DNA of 64,000 nt from an uncultured Spartobacteria bacterium (GTDB lineage Bacteria > Verrucomicrobiota > Verrucomicrobiia > Chthoniobacterales > Terrimicrobiaceae): contig CALFPA010000131.1 in NCBI GenBank assembly GCA_937919825.1, positions 36,949 through 100,948 on the forward strand, read 5' to 3'. This document shows positions 1 to 9,273 of the stretch, piece by piece (position 1 is the first letter of the stretch; each line of letters starts with the position of its first letter). Under the pieces are notes generated by a model. It worked only from the letters and a program-made list of their open reading frames with translations. It did no database searches and was not told the DNA's origin. Made by a program: the position numbers and the translations under genes.

Positions 1-190
1 CCGAGATTTTCAGGACGACGCGGGAGCCGTTCTTGGAATCGATCAGCGCCGAAGCCTCACGGCCTTGACCATCAAAAACCGTCGCACGGTCGCCGATTTC
101 GAGGCGCAGGACATTCAGGCAGTGGTGGGACTCCGATTCGTCGAGCGTGGCGGATTCCCAGTTTTCAGGAGCGAGATGGAAGCGATGCAT
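1..190 (-). CDS. rsmE: 16S rRNA methyltransferase RsmE, N-terminal fragment (gene runs off the left edge)
   Basis: Manual minus-strand translation from ATG at 190 gives MHRFHLAPENWESATLDESESHHCLNVLRLEIGDRATVFDGQGREASALIDSKNGSRVVLKIS. This fits the RsmE N-terminal pattern (E..HH...VLRL..GD....FDG.G.E..A.I). It is truncated, so it is absent from the ORF track. Overlaps the rfbD 3' end by 26 nt. Confidence 0.6.
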   Translation of the reverse strand, partial: MHRFHLAPENWESATLDESESHHCLNVLRLEIGDRATVFDGQGREASALIDSKNGSRVVLKIS

Positions 191-1058
191 ATTTTTCGAA
201 AATGTAGTCTTGGAGCGCGGCGTGCCAGTGACGCGGGGTGATTCCCGTGGCGACCGCGAGCTTGGAGGTGGAAAGGATGGAAAAAACAGGGCGCGGCGCA
301 ATGAATTGTTTCATCTGCGAGAGGGGAACGCCTCCGACCTTCGTAGTCTTCAAGGCCAGACCCGCCTCGGCGGCGAATTCGAGGGCTTTCTCGCCATACT
401 CCCGCCACGAGCAGGAACCCGCGTTGCAGGCGTGGTAGAGGCCGCCTGGCAGGGGCTGAGCAAGAAATGGCTCGAGCCAATGGGCGACATCCGGCGCGTA
501 GGTTGGAGCGGAAAATTTGTCATCCACCGCTTCCACATGGTCGTTTTCGAGCGCGTGCTGAATGATCATATCCACAAACGAAGGCTTCGCCGGGCCGAAG
601 ACCCACGACACGCGCACGACGAGGTGCGCTGGCGAATCGGCGAGAACGAGGTTTTCGCCGTCGAGTTTGGTTTGGCCATACCACCCACCGGGATTCGCCG
701 GATCGGCCTCCGTGTAGGAAGCCTCTTTTTTGCCGTCGAAGACATAGTCTGTGCTGAAGTGAATGAATCGCGCGCCGCGCCGGGAGGCCGATTCCGCCAT
801 GAGCTGTGGGGCCAGCGCGTTGACCGTTTGTGCTTCCTCCCGGGCGCTTTCGCAGCCATCCACATTCGTCGCTCCAGAGCCATTCACCAAAACATCAAAC
901 TCGACTCCGGCGAGTTGTGTTCGGAGTTTTTCGAGATTCGAGACATCGGCCTCCGCGCGGCCCCAGCAAACGACCGTGTGGTTTCGCGACCAGCATTCCG
1001 CGAGCGACGCGGCCAAGCGACCCTGGCCGCCGAGGATCAGGATTTTTTTCGAGGACAT
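165..1058 (-). CDS. rfbD: dTDP-4-dehydrorhamnose reductase (RmlD/RfbD family)
   Basis: ORF 165..1112 trimmed to the internal ATG (MSSKKILILGGQGRLA, Rossmann GxxGxxG). Contains STDYVFDG and YGQTKL (YxxxK), typical of RmlD. Confidence 0.85.
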   Translation of the reverse strand: MSSKKILILGGQGRLAASLAECWSRNHTVVCWGRAEADVSNLEKLRTQLAGVEFDVLVNGSGATNVDGCESAREEAQTVNALAPQLMAESASRRGARFIHFSTDYVFDGKKEASYTEADPANPGGWYGQTKLDGENLVLADSPAHLVVRVSWVFGPAKPSFVDMIIQHALENDHVEAVDDKFSAPTYAPDVAHWLEPFLAQPLPGGLYHACNAGSCSWREYGEKALEFAAEAGLALKTTKVGGVPLSQMKQFIAPRPVFSILSTSKLAVATGITPRHWHAALQDYIFEKYASLPSRS

Positions 1059-1145
1059 GGAAAAAAGATTAAGCGTGCGGATTCGGCGCGCACAGCCGGA
1101 AAAATTTTCCAACGCGTCCTGTATGGCGTATCAACTTCGCTTTCC

Positions 1146-1982
1146 ATGATGACCGTCCTCGAAGTCTTGAACGCCGCGACCTCCTATCTCCAAAAGCAAG
1201 GCGTCGAGAGCCCGAGGCTGAATGCCGAGCATTTGCTGGCGCATTCGCTCGGAATGCCGAGGAGAATGGATCTCTACCTCGCCTTCGACCGTCCGCTTGG
1301 CGAAAAGGACCGTGCCCCGCTACGCGATCTCGTGAAGAGGCGCTCGGAGGGCGTGCCGCTTCAGCACTTGCTCGGCACGGTGGAATTCCTCGGCCGCGAG
1401 TTTCTTTGCGACGCCCGGGGATTGATCCCCCGACCCGAAACCGAGGAATTGGTCGAGTTGGTTTTGAAAGCCGCGACCTCCGCGATGTCATTTCTCGATG
1501 TCGGCACCGGCAGCGGAGCGATTGCGCTTTCTCTGGCTTTGGAAAAACCCGAAGCCCGCGTCACCGCATGCGACTTTTCACCCCAAGCGCTGGCCTTGGC
1601 TGCGGAAAACTGCGCCCGGCATGGACTCGAGGAGCGCGTCGGGTTGATCGAATCCGACCTGCTCGCGTCGGTGGAGGGTTCGTTCGATGTGGTGGTCGCT
1701 AATCTCCCCTACATCCCGACGGCTGAAATCTCCGGACTTTCCAGGGAGGTTTTGCAGGATCCCCTCTCCGCGTTGGATGGCGGTGATGACGGTCTGAGAT
1801 TGATCGAGCGTTTGGCGGACCAACTTCCCAAGCATCTTTCTCCGGGAGGCCTCCTTGCCCTTGAAATTGGCCACGACCAATCTGACAAAGTCCTCTCCAT
1901 GCTAAAAGACCGGGGATTTCAAGAGGTCCTCGCCCATGCCGACCATCAAGGTTGCAACCGCTTCGTCACCGCACGGAAATAA
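1146..1982 (+). CDS. prmC: Release-factor glutamine methyltransferase PrmC/HemK
   Basis: C-terminal 278 aa of ORF 147..1982, starting at ATG 1146 (MMTVLEVLNAATSYL). SAM motif LDVGTGSGAIAL. Catalytic tetrapeptide reads NLPY. The upstream part of the ORF is antisense to rfbD. Confidence 0.9.
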   Translation: MMTVLEVLNAATSYLQKQGVESPRLNAEHLLAHSLGMPRRMDLYLAFDRPLGEKDRAPLRDLVKRRSEGVPLQHLLGTVEFLGREFLCDARGLIPRPETEELVELVLKAATSAMSFLDVGTGSGAIALSLALEKPEARVTACDFSPQALALAAENCARHGLEERVGLIESDLLASVEGSFDVVVANLPYIPTAEISGLSREVLQDPLSALDGGDDGLRLIERLADQLPKHLSPGGLLALEIGHDQSDKVLSMLKDRGFQEVLAHADHQGCNRFVTARK

Positions 1983-2003
1983 ACCTCGGCTCTCGACCAG
2001 ATT

Positions 2004-2082
2004 TGGAGGGACGACCTCCGTGTCGTCCGCAAGTTCAACCTTCTAGACGCAGGAGTAGGCGCTGACGGAGCAACGCCCTCCA
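2004..2082. repeat. GGAGGG-hairpin inverted-repeat extragenic element, copy 1
   Basis: Left unit tggagggacgacctccgtg (2004-2022). Right unit gacggagcaacgccctcca (2064-2082), which is its imperfect reverse complement. The left unit forms a 7-bp hairpin GGACGAC/GTCGTCC with loop ctccgt. Lies between convergent prmC and pdhC. A second copy is at 54430-54545. Confidence 0.75.
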
Positions 2083-2113
2083 TTTGGCTTACGAGTGGCG
2101 CTGCTGCGCGGTT

Positions 2114-3370
2114 TTAGAACAGCAGTGTGGCAGGGGATTCGAGGCTCTTGCGGATTTCCGCGAGGAACTGGGCGCCCAGCGCGCCATCCACGACGCGGTG
2201 GTCGCCGCTGAGGGCGATGGACATCCGCTGGCCGGCGATGATTTGGTCATTTGGGCCGACGACGGGCTTTTTCACGATGGCTCCGACGGCAAGAATCGCT
2301 GCCTGTGGTGGGTTGACGATGGCGTAGAAGCTATCGACTCCGTAGGCGCCGAGGTTCGAGACGGTGACGGTTCCTCCGGCGTATTCCTCGGGCTTGATTT
2401 TCTTGTTTCGCGCGCGGACGGCGAGGTCCTTCACGGCGGCACTGATTTCGCGGAGCGAGAGTTTGTCGGCCTTGCGAACGACGGGAGTGATGAGACCGTC
2501 CTCGACCGCAATGGCGACCGAGAGATTCACATCGGCGTATTCCACCACGGAGTCACCCGCGAAGGCGGCATTGACTTTCGGGTGTAGTGCGGCGGCGCGG
2601 GCGGTGGCAAGAAGCACAAAATCATTCACCGTGATCTTCGGTGAACCGGCTGCCTCGGCGGCGGCGTTGATTTCCTTGCGGAGCTTCGAGAGCGGGGCGG
2701 CATCCACCTCCATCGTGAGATAGAAATGCGGAATCTGGGTTTTGCTGATCAGGAGACGCTCGGCGATCGTGCGGCGCATGCCCGTGAGCGGGATTTTTTT
2801 GTCAGCATCGGAGCAGGGGACATCGATCTTGGGAGCGGGAGCCGCAGCCTGAGCGCCACGCGGGGCGGCGGGGGCCGAGTCGAGATCCGCAACAACGATT
2901 CGTCCGCCAGGGCCAGAGCCTTGAAGACGGGAGAGGTCGATGCCTCGCTCTTGGGCGATTTTTTTGGCGAGAGGGGAGGCTTTCACGCGAGCGCCGTCAG
3001 CAGACGGGCGGGGCTTCGGACGGGGAGTGGCCGGAGCGCCGGAGGAAATGGCGGTTGCGGCAGGCGCGGGGGCAGGAGCCGCTGCTGGCGCGCTCGGAGC
3101 CTTGGCGGCTACGGGGAGCTTTTGGGACTCGGTGGACCCTCCGTCGAGAGTGGCGATCGGGTCGCCGACCTTCACCACGCCGCCCTCGGGAATGAGGATG
3201 TCGGTGAGCACGCCGTCATCAAAAGCTTCCATTTCCATGGTGGCTTTGTCGGTTTCGACATCGGCGATGACATCTCCGATGGAGATTTTGTCGCCGGTTT
3301 TTTTGTGCCATTTGACGAGTGTGCCCTCGAGCATCGTGTCGCTCAATTTAGGCATGGTAATCTGAATCAT
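2114..3370 (-). CDS. pdhC: Pyruvate dehydrogenase complex E2, dihydrolipoamide acetyltransferase
   Basis: ORF 2114..3526 trimmed to ATG 3370 (MIQITMPKLSDTMLEGTLVKWHKK). Lipoyl motif VETDKATME, Ala/Pro linker, E3-binding segment, catalytic DHRVVDG near the C-terminus. Confidence 0.9.
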   Translation of the reverse strand: MIQITMPKLSDTMLEGTLVKWHKKTGDKISIGDVIADVETDKATMEMEAFDDGVLTDILIPEGGVVKVGDPIATLDGGSTESQKLPVAAKAPSAPAAAPAPAPAATAISSGAPATPRPKPRPSADGARVKASPLAKKIAQERGIDLSRLQGSGPGGRIVVADLDSAPAAPRGAQAAAPAPKIDVPCSDADKKIPLTGMRRTIAERLLISKTQIPHFYLTMEVDAAPLSKLRKEINAAAEAAGSPKITVNDFVLLATARAAALHPKVNAAFAGDSVVEYADVNLSVAIAVEDGLITPVVRKADKLSLREISAAVKDLAVRARNKKIKPEEYAGGTVTVSNLGAYGVDSFYAIVNPPQAAILAVGAIVKKPVVGPNDQIIAGQRMSIALSGDHRVVDGALGAQFLAEIRKSLESPATLLF

Positions 3371-3398
3371 AAGAAATCGGGTGTAGCGGGGTGTCGGG

Positions 3399-4373
3399 TC
3401 AGAGGATTTGCAGGGTCTTGGCGATGATGCGCTGGGCCGTGGGAAGTTGGATCGGCTCGAGCGCGGGGGAGTAAATGGCCGGGGCGTCGAGGGCACAGAC
3501 GCGTTGGACGGGGGCGTCGAGTTCATCGAAGCATTGCTCCATGATCATGGAGGAAATCTGCGCGGAGACGCCGCAGAAAGGCTTGTTCTCGTCCACCAGC
3601 ACGGCGCGGTGGGTTTTGCAGACGGTCTTCATGATCGCCTCTTCGTCCAGCGGACGGATCGAGCGGAGGTCGAGGACTTCGGCGTTGATGCCATGTTCGG
3701 CAGCGAGGATTTCGGCAGCCTTGAGCGCGGTGATGACGGCGCGGCCGTGGGCGATGAGGGAGACATCGGTGCCCTCGCGCTTGATGTCGGCGACACCGAG
3801 CGGGATCGTGTATTCCTCCTCGGGAACCTCCCAACTTTCGCCGTAGAGCAGGGTGTTTTCCATGACGCAGACGGGGTCGTTGTCGCGGATGGCGGTTTTC
3901 ATGAGGCCCTTGGCGTCATAGGCGGTGGCGGGGCAGACGACTTTGAGGCCGGGCGTGTTCGCGATGAAATTCTCGGGCGTGTGCGAGTGGGTGGCGCCAA
4001 CATTCGTGCCGCCATTGGCTGGGCCGCGGATGACGATCGGGCAGTTGATGAGGCCGCCGCTCATGTAGCGGACCTGACCGGCATTGTTGATGATCTGGTC
4101 CCAGGCGACATAGGCGAAGCTCCAGAACATGAGTTCCATGACAGGGCGGATGCCGAGCATCGAGGCGCCGATGCCCATGCCGATGAAGCCGGCCTCGCTG
4201 ATCGGGGTGTCCACGACGCGTTTGTCGCCAAAGCGCTCCCAGAGGCCTTCGGTGACTTTGTAGGCTCCGTTGTAGCGGGCGACTTCCTCGCCCAAGAGGA
4301 CGACATTTTCGTCGCGCATGATTTCCTCGGCGAGGGCGTCATTCAGGGCTTTGCGGTAGGTGATGAGTGGCAT
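3399..4373 (-). CDS. pdhB: Pyruvate dehydrogenase E1 component, beta subunit
   Basis: 324 aa. Contains LGEEVARYNGAYKVTEGL and DTPISEAGFIGMGIGA, typical of transketolase-like E1 beta. Sits between E1 alpha and E2. Confidence 0.9.
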   Translation of the reverse strand: MPLITYRKALNDALAEEIMRDENVVLLGEEVARYNGAYKVTEGLWERFGDKRVVDTPISEAGFIGMGIGASMLGIRPVMELMFWSFAYVAWDQIINNAGQVRYMSGGLINCPIVIRGPANGGTNVGATHSHTPENFIANTPGLKVVCPATAYDAKGLMKTAIRDNDPVCVMENTLLYGESWEVPEEEYTIPLGVADIKREGTDVSLIAHGRAVITALKAAEILAAEHGINAEVLDLRSIRPLDEEAIMKTVCKTHRAVLVDENKPFCGVSAQISSMIMEQCFDELDAPVQRVCALDAPAIYSPALEPIQLPTAQRIIAKTLQIL

Positions 4374-4442
4374 GGGTGTGCTCTTTGGATTGAAAAAATG
4401 TATTGGCGCCGTGGTGGAATCCGACGGGCACCTTTGTGGAAT

Positions 4443-5555
4443 CTAGTCGCCGAAGAAGTGGCGACCGGTGTTGCCGGCTTCGGTTTGGTTATCCACTTCC
4501 CAGTAGACATCCTCGAAAATCGATTCGGGTGAGGGATTTTCGCTGGCGAGGGCAAATTCGGCGGAGGCGTTGGCCTCAAGTTTGATCTCGTCATCCATCG
4601 CATCCATCGCGGCGTCGGTCGTCACGCCTTCCTCGAGGAGGCGTTTTTTCCAAAGTCGGATCGGGTCGTGGTGGGTCTTGTAGCGCTCGATCTCATCAGC
4701 GGCGCGGTATTTTTTCGCATTCGCGTCGGCAACCGAGTGGCCGTAGTAGCGGTAGGTATCAATCTCAAGAACGGTCGGGAGCGATTGCTCGTGGGCGCGG
4801 CGCATGGCGTTCGCAGTCTTGGCGCGGACTTCGTAGAGGTCCTCGCCATTGGCGATGTCCCACACGATCCCGTATCCATCAGCACGCTCGGCGAGGCAAT
4901 TTCTCATCGCCGAGGAGCGATCGAGGGTGGTGCCCATCGAGTATTTATTATTCTCAATAATGTAAACGACGGGGAGTTTCCAAAGGGCGGCGAGGTTGAG
5001 CGATTCGTGGTAAGCGCCTTGGTTCACGGCGCCGTCGCCCATGAAGCAGAGCGCGCAGCCTTTGAGGCCATGGTATTTGAGGCCGTAGGCGAGTCCGAGA
5101 CCGAGCGGGGTCTGGCCGCCGACGATTCCGTGGCCACCCCAGTAATTTTTGTCGGGTGCGAAAAAGTGCATCGAGCCGCCCTTGCCGCGCGAGCAACCGG
5201 TGGCTTTGCCGAGGAGTTCGGCCATGCATTCATTCATTCCCATGCCGACGGCGAGGGCGTGGCCGTGGTCGCGGTAGGCCGTGATGACATGGTCGTTTTT
5301 CCCAAGAAGGGAAACCGTTCCGACCGCCACCGCCTCTTGGCCGATGTAGAGGTGCAGGAAGCCGCCCATAGCTCCTTGGTTGTAGTATTTCAACGAGACC
5401 TGCTCGAAGCGCCGGATACGAAGCATTTGCCGGAGGATCCCCATTTTTTCATCCGGGGTGAGGTTGGCATTGACTTCGGCTTTGGAGAAATCCACCGGAT
5501 CCACGGCAACTTCGTCTTCGGTAGGGCTGGGCATGGTTCGTGAAGTATTGGGCAT
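4443..5555 (-). CDS. pdhA: Pyruvate dehydrogenase E1 component, alpha subunit
   Basis: 370 aa. Contains MLRIRRFEQ, YRDHGHAL and the TPP-binding GDGAVNQG..ESLNLAALWKLPV..IENNKY. An alternative ATG at 5534 is possible. Confidence 0.9.
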   Translation of the reverse strand: MPNTSRTMPSPTEDEVAVDPVDFSKAEVNANLTPDEKMGILRQMLRIRRFEQVSLKYYNQGAMGGFLHLYIGQEAVAVGTVSLLGKNDHVITAYRDHGHALAVGMGMNECMAELLGKATGCSRGKGGSMHFFAPDKNYWGGHGIVGGQTPLGLGLAYGLKYHGLKGCALCFMGDGAVNQGAYHESLNLAALWKLPVVYIIENNKYSMGTTLDRSSAMRNCLAERADGYGIVWDIANGEDLYEVRAKTANAMRRAHEQSLPTVLEIDTYRYYGHSVADANAKKYRAADEIERYKTHHDPIRLWKKRLLEEGVTTDAAMDAMDDEIKLEANASAEFALASENPSPESIFEDVYWEVDNQTEAGNTGRHFFGD

Positions 5556-5739
5556 CGTTTTGAGAATTTCTATCGGGCTGACCTATTGAAAAACGCGGGC
5601 AATTTCTTTCAGTTGCCACGGCTTTGGCAATTCCCAAATCACCACGAGCGAAAAATAGTCGTCACCGGGTAACAAAATCGGGCGTCACTCGGGGATTTTT
5701 TCGATTGGGTGATAGAGGGGTTTGCCCCAAGATCGTGCA

Positions 5740-6438
5740 ATGAAAAGGGTGCTTTTCGTGCAGCATGGGGATGTAGACAAGCCCGGCCTTCTCGCCGAGG
5801 TGCTCGAGGAATGTGGGATCGCGTGTGAGGTTTTTCACGCTTGGCAGGGTGGGGGATTTCCGAGATTGGACGACTACGGGGGATTGGCTCTCGGTGGGGG
5901 CGGGCAGAGTGCGTGGGAAGTTGTGGCTTTCCCGTATTTGGAGACGGAATGCGGCTTGGTGCGTGACGCCATGCAGCGAGGCATCCCGGTGCTGGGGCTG
6001 TGCCTCGGAGCGCAATTGATCGCTCGGGCGCTGGGAGCGGAAGTCCGCCGAGCCGAGTCGAAAGAGATCGGTTTTTTCCCTGTGTCACTGAACGCCACGG
6101 GCTGTTTGAACCCATTGGTCAACGCGCTACCGAGTGTTTTTCCAGCGACGCATTGGCATGGCGATGTTTTTGAAATTCCAAAGAACGGCGAATGCCTCGG
6201 CTCCTCCGCGATGACTCCGCACCAAATTCTCCGATGCGGCCCGCGATGCATCGGGTTTCAATTCCATCTCGAAATGACACCCGCGCTTTTCGAAGAATTG
6301 GTTTGGGACTCGGTGGATTTTTTTCGCGACGCCGGTCTTTCGCCTGAGGCCTTGATTCACGAAGCCCGCGAGGTTTTGCCGAGGGTGGAGGCACCGGCTC
6401 GAGAGGTTTTCCGGAGATGGGCCTCTTTGATCTCTTGA
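5740..6438 (+). CDS. Class I glutamine amidotransferase-like protein
   Basis: ORF 5722..6438 (TTG) trimmed to ATG 5740 (MKRVLFVQH). Nucleophile elbow GLCLGAQL and FQFHLE (His/Glu) fit a GATase1 fold. Confidence 0.75.
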   Translation: MKRVLFVQHGDVDKPGLLAEVLEECGIACEVFHAWQGGGFPRLDDYGGLALGGGGQSAWEVVAFPYLETECGLVRDAMQRGIPVLGLCLGAQLIARALGAEVRRAESKEIGFFPVSLNATGCLNPLVNALPSVFPATHWHGDVFEIPKNGECLGSSAMTPHQILRCGPRCIGFQFHLEMTPALFEELVWDSVDFFRDAGLSPEALIHEAREVLPRVEAPAREVFRRWASLIS

Positions 6439-6466
6439 TCGCCTAAAAAAATTCCCGTCCCCAATC

Positions 6467-6494
6467 TTGACATCGCGGCATCGAACTTTAATCT
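6467..6494 (+). promoter_or_regulatory. Candidate sigma70-type promoter upstream of rplI
   Basis: TTGACA at 6467-6472, a 16-nt spacer, then TAATCT at 6489-6494. About 34 nt upstream of the rplI ATG. The -10 box is weak. Confidence 0.3.
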
Positions 6495-6527
6495 CCGCAC
6501 CCCGCCTGACAACGGCACACAAATTCT

Positions 6528-7067
6528 ATGGCATTTACTGAAGTTATTCTCACCGCGAACATTTCTTCCCTCGGCGCCGAAGCCGATATCGTGAAAGTGC
6601 GTCGCGGATACGCTCGCAACTTCCTCCTTCCTAACGGCAAGGCTCTCGAAATTAATTCCGGCTCATTGCGTCAAATCAATCACCTCAAAGCCAAGCGTGC
6701 CGAGCGCGAAGCCCGCGAGGTGACTGCCGCCGACGAACTCGCTTCGAAGATCAATAAGCTCTCGCTCGTTTTCACGCTCGACGCCGGCGAGACCGGCAAG
6801 GCGTTTGGCTCCGTCACGGCGAAGGACATCCACGACCGCATCGTGGCCGACCTCAAGCTCGAAGACCTTCCCAAGCACGCCGTGGTCCTTGAAAAAGCGA
6901 TCAAGGAAAGCGGAGAGCACACCGTGGCCGTCAAACTCCACGCGGATGTGAGCGCCAAGCTCAAACTCACCGTCAAAATCAACGCCCCGGCACCTACCGA
7001 GCGACATGCCGACTCCGATGGAGACGCCGTTCGCAAGCCTCGCCGCAGGACCTCCACTTCGGAATAA
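6528..7067 (+). CDS. rplI: 50S ribosomal protein L9
   Basis: MAFTEVILTANISSLGAEADIVKVRRGYARNFLLPNGKA is the classic L9 N-terminal domain. Has a basic/acidic C-terminal tail. Confidence 0.95.
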   Translation: MAFTEVILTANISSLGAEADIVKVRRGYARNFLLPNGKALEINSGSLRQINHLKAKRAEREAREVTAADELASKINKLSLVFTLDAGETGKAFGSVTAKDIHDRIVADLKLEDLPKHAVVLEKAIKESGEHTVAVKLHADVSAKLKLTVKINAPAPTERHADSDGDAVRKPRRRTSTSE

Positions 7068-7082
7068 CTGCTGTTTTTCAAG

Positions 7083-7124
7083 CCACCGGTCCGCCTTGTG
7101 CGGACCGGTGGTTTTCTTGTTTTA
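7083..7124 (+). terminator. Rho-independent terminator after rplI
   Basis: Perfect 12-bp stem ccaccggtccgc/gcggaccggtgg, loop cttgt, followed by ttttcttgtttt. Confidence 0.75.
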
Positions 7125-7173
7125 ACTCCCGAAGTCCCCTCCATTTTTCCTCAGAAACACTCACACGCCAGAC

Positions 7174-8649
7174 ATGTCCAACGCCAATGAATCCTCAGGC
7201 TCTGTGACGCCTTCCAGCAATGGCGGCCACGATGCCAAGGGCCGAAAGAAAAAACCGGACTACCAACAGCGGGGCGCTGCCTATTTGCCGGACGCGCACC
7301 GTCCCCTGCCGCAAAGCCTCGATGCCGAAAAGGGACTCCTCGGCTCGATCCTCCATTCCGCCGGTGTGCTCGATGATTGCATCGCGCAAATGGAACCGCG
7401 CCATTTCCACCTGCCTGCGCACCAGAAGATTTTCGAAATCCTCGTAGAAATGCGGAATTCCGGGCGGCCGATCGATCTCATCTCGCTCACCCAAATCCTC
7501 GAAGATCGGCGGATGCTCGACGAAGTCGGTGGCACCGGTGCCGTCACCGATCTTTTCACATTCGTCCCCACGGCGGTGAATGCGGATTACTACCGCGAGA
7601 TCATTCACGAAAAATTCCTGCTCCGCCAAATCATCGGCACCTGCACGGAGTATGTCGCCCGAGCCCATGAGGAGCAGGGGGACATCAAAATCCTGCTCGA
7701 TGAGGTCGAGGCCCGCGTGCTCGCGATCGGGGAGGAACGCCAGAAATCGAGCCTTCCGACGATGAAGGAAATGGTTAACGAAGCGATCGTGGGGATCGAA
7801 AAGCTTGTTACTTCGCGAGGCAGCATCACGGGGCTTTCCACCGGATTCCACGAACTCGATCGAATGACCAACGGCCTGCACGAAGGCGAAATGTTTGTCA
7901 TCGCCGCCCGCCCCTCGATGGGCAAAACCGCCCTTGCGATGAACATCGCCGAGCATGTCGCGCTCGATGGCGATAAGCCCGTTGCCGTGTTCAGCTTGGA
8001 AATGAGCGCGCAGCAACTCGTGCAGCGTCTCCTCTGCTCGCGGGCCCGAGTGAACTCCAAGAATCTCCGCGACGGCTTCATCGGAAAAAATGACCTCAAC
8101 AGCATCAGCTCGAACGCTGCCATTCTCGCCAAGGCGAAAATCTTCGTCGATGACACGCCCGGGCTCAGCATTCTGGAGCTTCGCGCCAAGGCCCGCCGCC
8201 TTCACAACCGCGAAAAAATCCAACTTGTCGTCATCGATTACCTCCAGCTCCTGCGATCAAATTCCCGCCGCGCCCAAGACAATCGCCAGATTGAAATTCA
8301 GGAAATTTCCTACGGCATCAAAGCACTCGCCAAGGAACTCAAAATTCCCGTGATCGTCCTTGCCCAGCTGAACCGAAATCCTGAGCAGCGCACGGGCTCC
8401 AGCGCCGGTCGGCCCCGCTTGAGCGACCTCCGCGAGTCGGGAACCATCGAGCAAGATGCCGATGTGGTCGGGTTGCTCGTTCGCGAAAAATATTATGCCG
8501 AAGATGAGGAGGCGAAAAAGGAAGCCGCCGGTAAGGCGACCCTGATCATCGCCAAACAGCGTAACGGCCCGACCGGCGATGTTTCGCTGACATTCCTCGA
8601 GGAATTTACCCGTTTCGAGGATCGCGCCGACGAGAAGCGCGAGCAGTAA
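7174..8649 (+). CDS. dnaB: Replicative DNA helicase DnaB
   Basis: 491 aa. PQSLDAEKGLLGSIL N-terminal motif. Walker A ARPSMGKTALAMN. DYLQLL and LAQLNR motifs. No intein-sized insertion. Confidence 0.95.
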   Translation: MSNANESSGSVTPSSNGGHDAKGRKKKPDYQQRGAAYLPDAHRPLPQSLDAEKGLLGSILHSAGVLDDCIAQMEPRHFHLPAHQKIFEILVEMRNSGRPIDLISLTQILEDRRMLDEVGGTGAVTDLFTFVPTAVNADYYREIIHEKFLLRQIIGTCTEYVARAHEEQGDIKILLDEVEARVLAIGEERQKSSLPTMKEMVNEAIVGIEKLVTSRGSITGLSTGFHELDRMTNGLHEGEMFVIAARPSMGKTALAMNIAEHVALDGDKPVAVFSLEMSAQQLVQRLLCSRARVNSKNLRDGFIGKNDLNSISSNAAILAKAKIFVDDTPGLSILELRAKARRLHNREKIQLVVIDYLQLLRSNSRRAQDNRQIEIQEISYGIKALAKELKIPVIVLAQLNRNPEQRTGSSAGRPRLSDLRESGTIEQDADVVGLLVREKYYAEDEEAKKEAAGKATLIIAKQRNGPTGDVSLTFLEEFTRFEDRADEKREQ

Positions 8650-8690
8650 GCAAGCCGCTTGGAGCAGGTTTCCAAGCCGCCCGACGGGAT

Positions 8691-9170
8691 TTACATGAAC
8701 AACTGCTCGCGGATTTTACTCAGCTCCGCTTGTTCCGACATCGTCTGAGTCAGATTGCGGATCCTGCGCCCCAGCGTGCCAGCCAAGCCCATCAGCAAGG
8801 TCGAACCCGCCGCTGGGCTGTCTTGTATGAATTTTTCGAGATCGGCACGGGGAATCACCCAATATTGCGATGGCTTCACAGTCACAACGGAGCAAATGGC
8901 ATTGGAAGGATCAAAAAGATCCACCTCGCCGACCCACTCACCCGCGCCCATCATGCCGAGAAGAATGTCGGTGTCCCCATCCGAGCGCCGGGCATGGAAA
9001 AGCCCGTCGGTAATGAAAAATAATTTCCCGTGGGGTTTTCCCTGCTCGATCAAAACGGCCCCGGGTTTGACTTCATGAAAACTCCCGTAGGAACTCAAGG
9101 TGATCCGATCCTCTTTTGACAGATTGGCGATTAGTCCCACGGGTGGAAGTTGTGGAGATTTCGGCGACAT
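8691..9170 (-). CDS. Stand-alone cyclic-nucleotide-binding (cNMP/CAP effector) domain protein
   Basis: 159 aa. The stretch VLIEQGKPHGKLFFITDGLF...GAGEWVGEVDLF has a beta-roll cNMP-binding pattern. No attached output domain. Confidence 0.7.
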   Translation of the reverse strand: MSPKSPQLPPVGLIANLSKEDRITLSSYGSFHEVKPGAVLIEQGKPHGKLFFITDGLFHARRSDGDTDILLGMMGAGEWVGEVDLFDPSNAICSVVTVKPSQYWVIPRADLEKFIQDSPAAGSTLLMGLAGTLGRRIRNLTQTMSEQAELSKIREQLFM

Positions 9171-9273
9171 GGAATCCCTCTAAAGCGGAATTGATCCCAT
9201 TCTGCAAACTGATTTCCACGCGGTGATCTTCAAATAGTTGTCCGAAGCGCGGACAGTGTGGAAAGATCGATCC

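Noticed and set aside
147-1145. N-terminal 333 aa of the 611-aa ORF 147..1982, which would make a giant PrmC fusion.
   Set aside because: This part is antisense to the well-supported rfbD gene and has an Arg/Gly-rich, low-complexity composition typical of GC-rich antisense frames. The PrmC homology begins only at ATG 1146.
3408-4532. Long ORFs antisense to real genes. Examples: 3408-4532(+), 7195-8223(-), 10604-12016(-), 15464-16759(+), 18930-20144(+), 22747-24084(+), 25018-25914(-), 28638-29651(+), 30992-32263(+), 36808-38187(-), 43389-44834(-), 46364-47980(+), 49712-51285(-), 55274-56179(+), 59024-59848(-), 60037-60924(-), 62622-63845(-).
   Set aside because: Each lies opposite a gene with clear family motifs. 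Their translations are dominated by Arg/Gly/Asp/His/Pro low-complexity strings with no recognisable motifs. Stop-codon depletion on the antisense strand is expected in high-GC DNA.
8657-8677. Hairpin GCTTGGA-gcaggtt-TCCAAGC between convergent dnaB and the cNMP-binding gene, considered as a bidirectional terminator.
   Set aside because: It has only a 7-bp stem and no T- or A-tract on either side. That is not enough to call a terminator.
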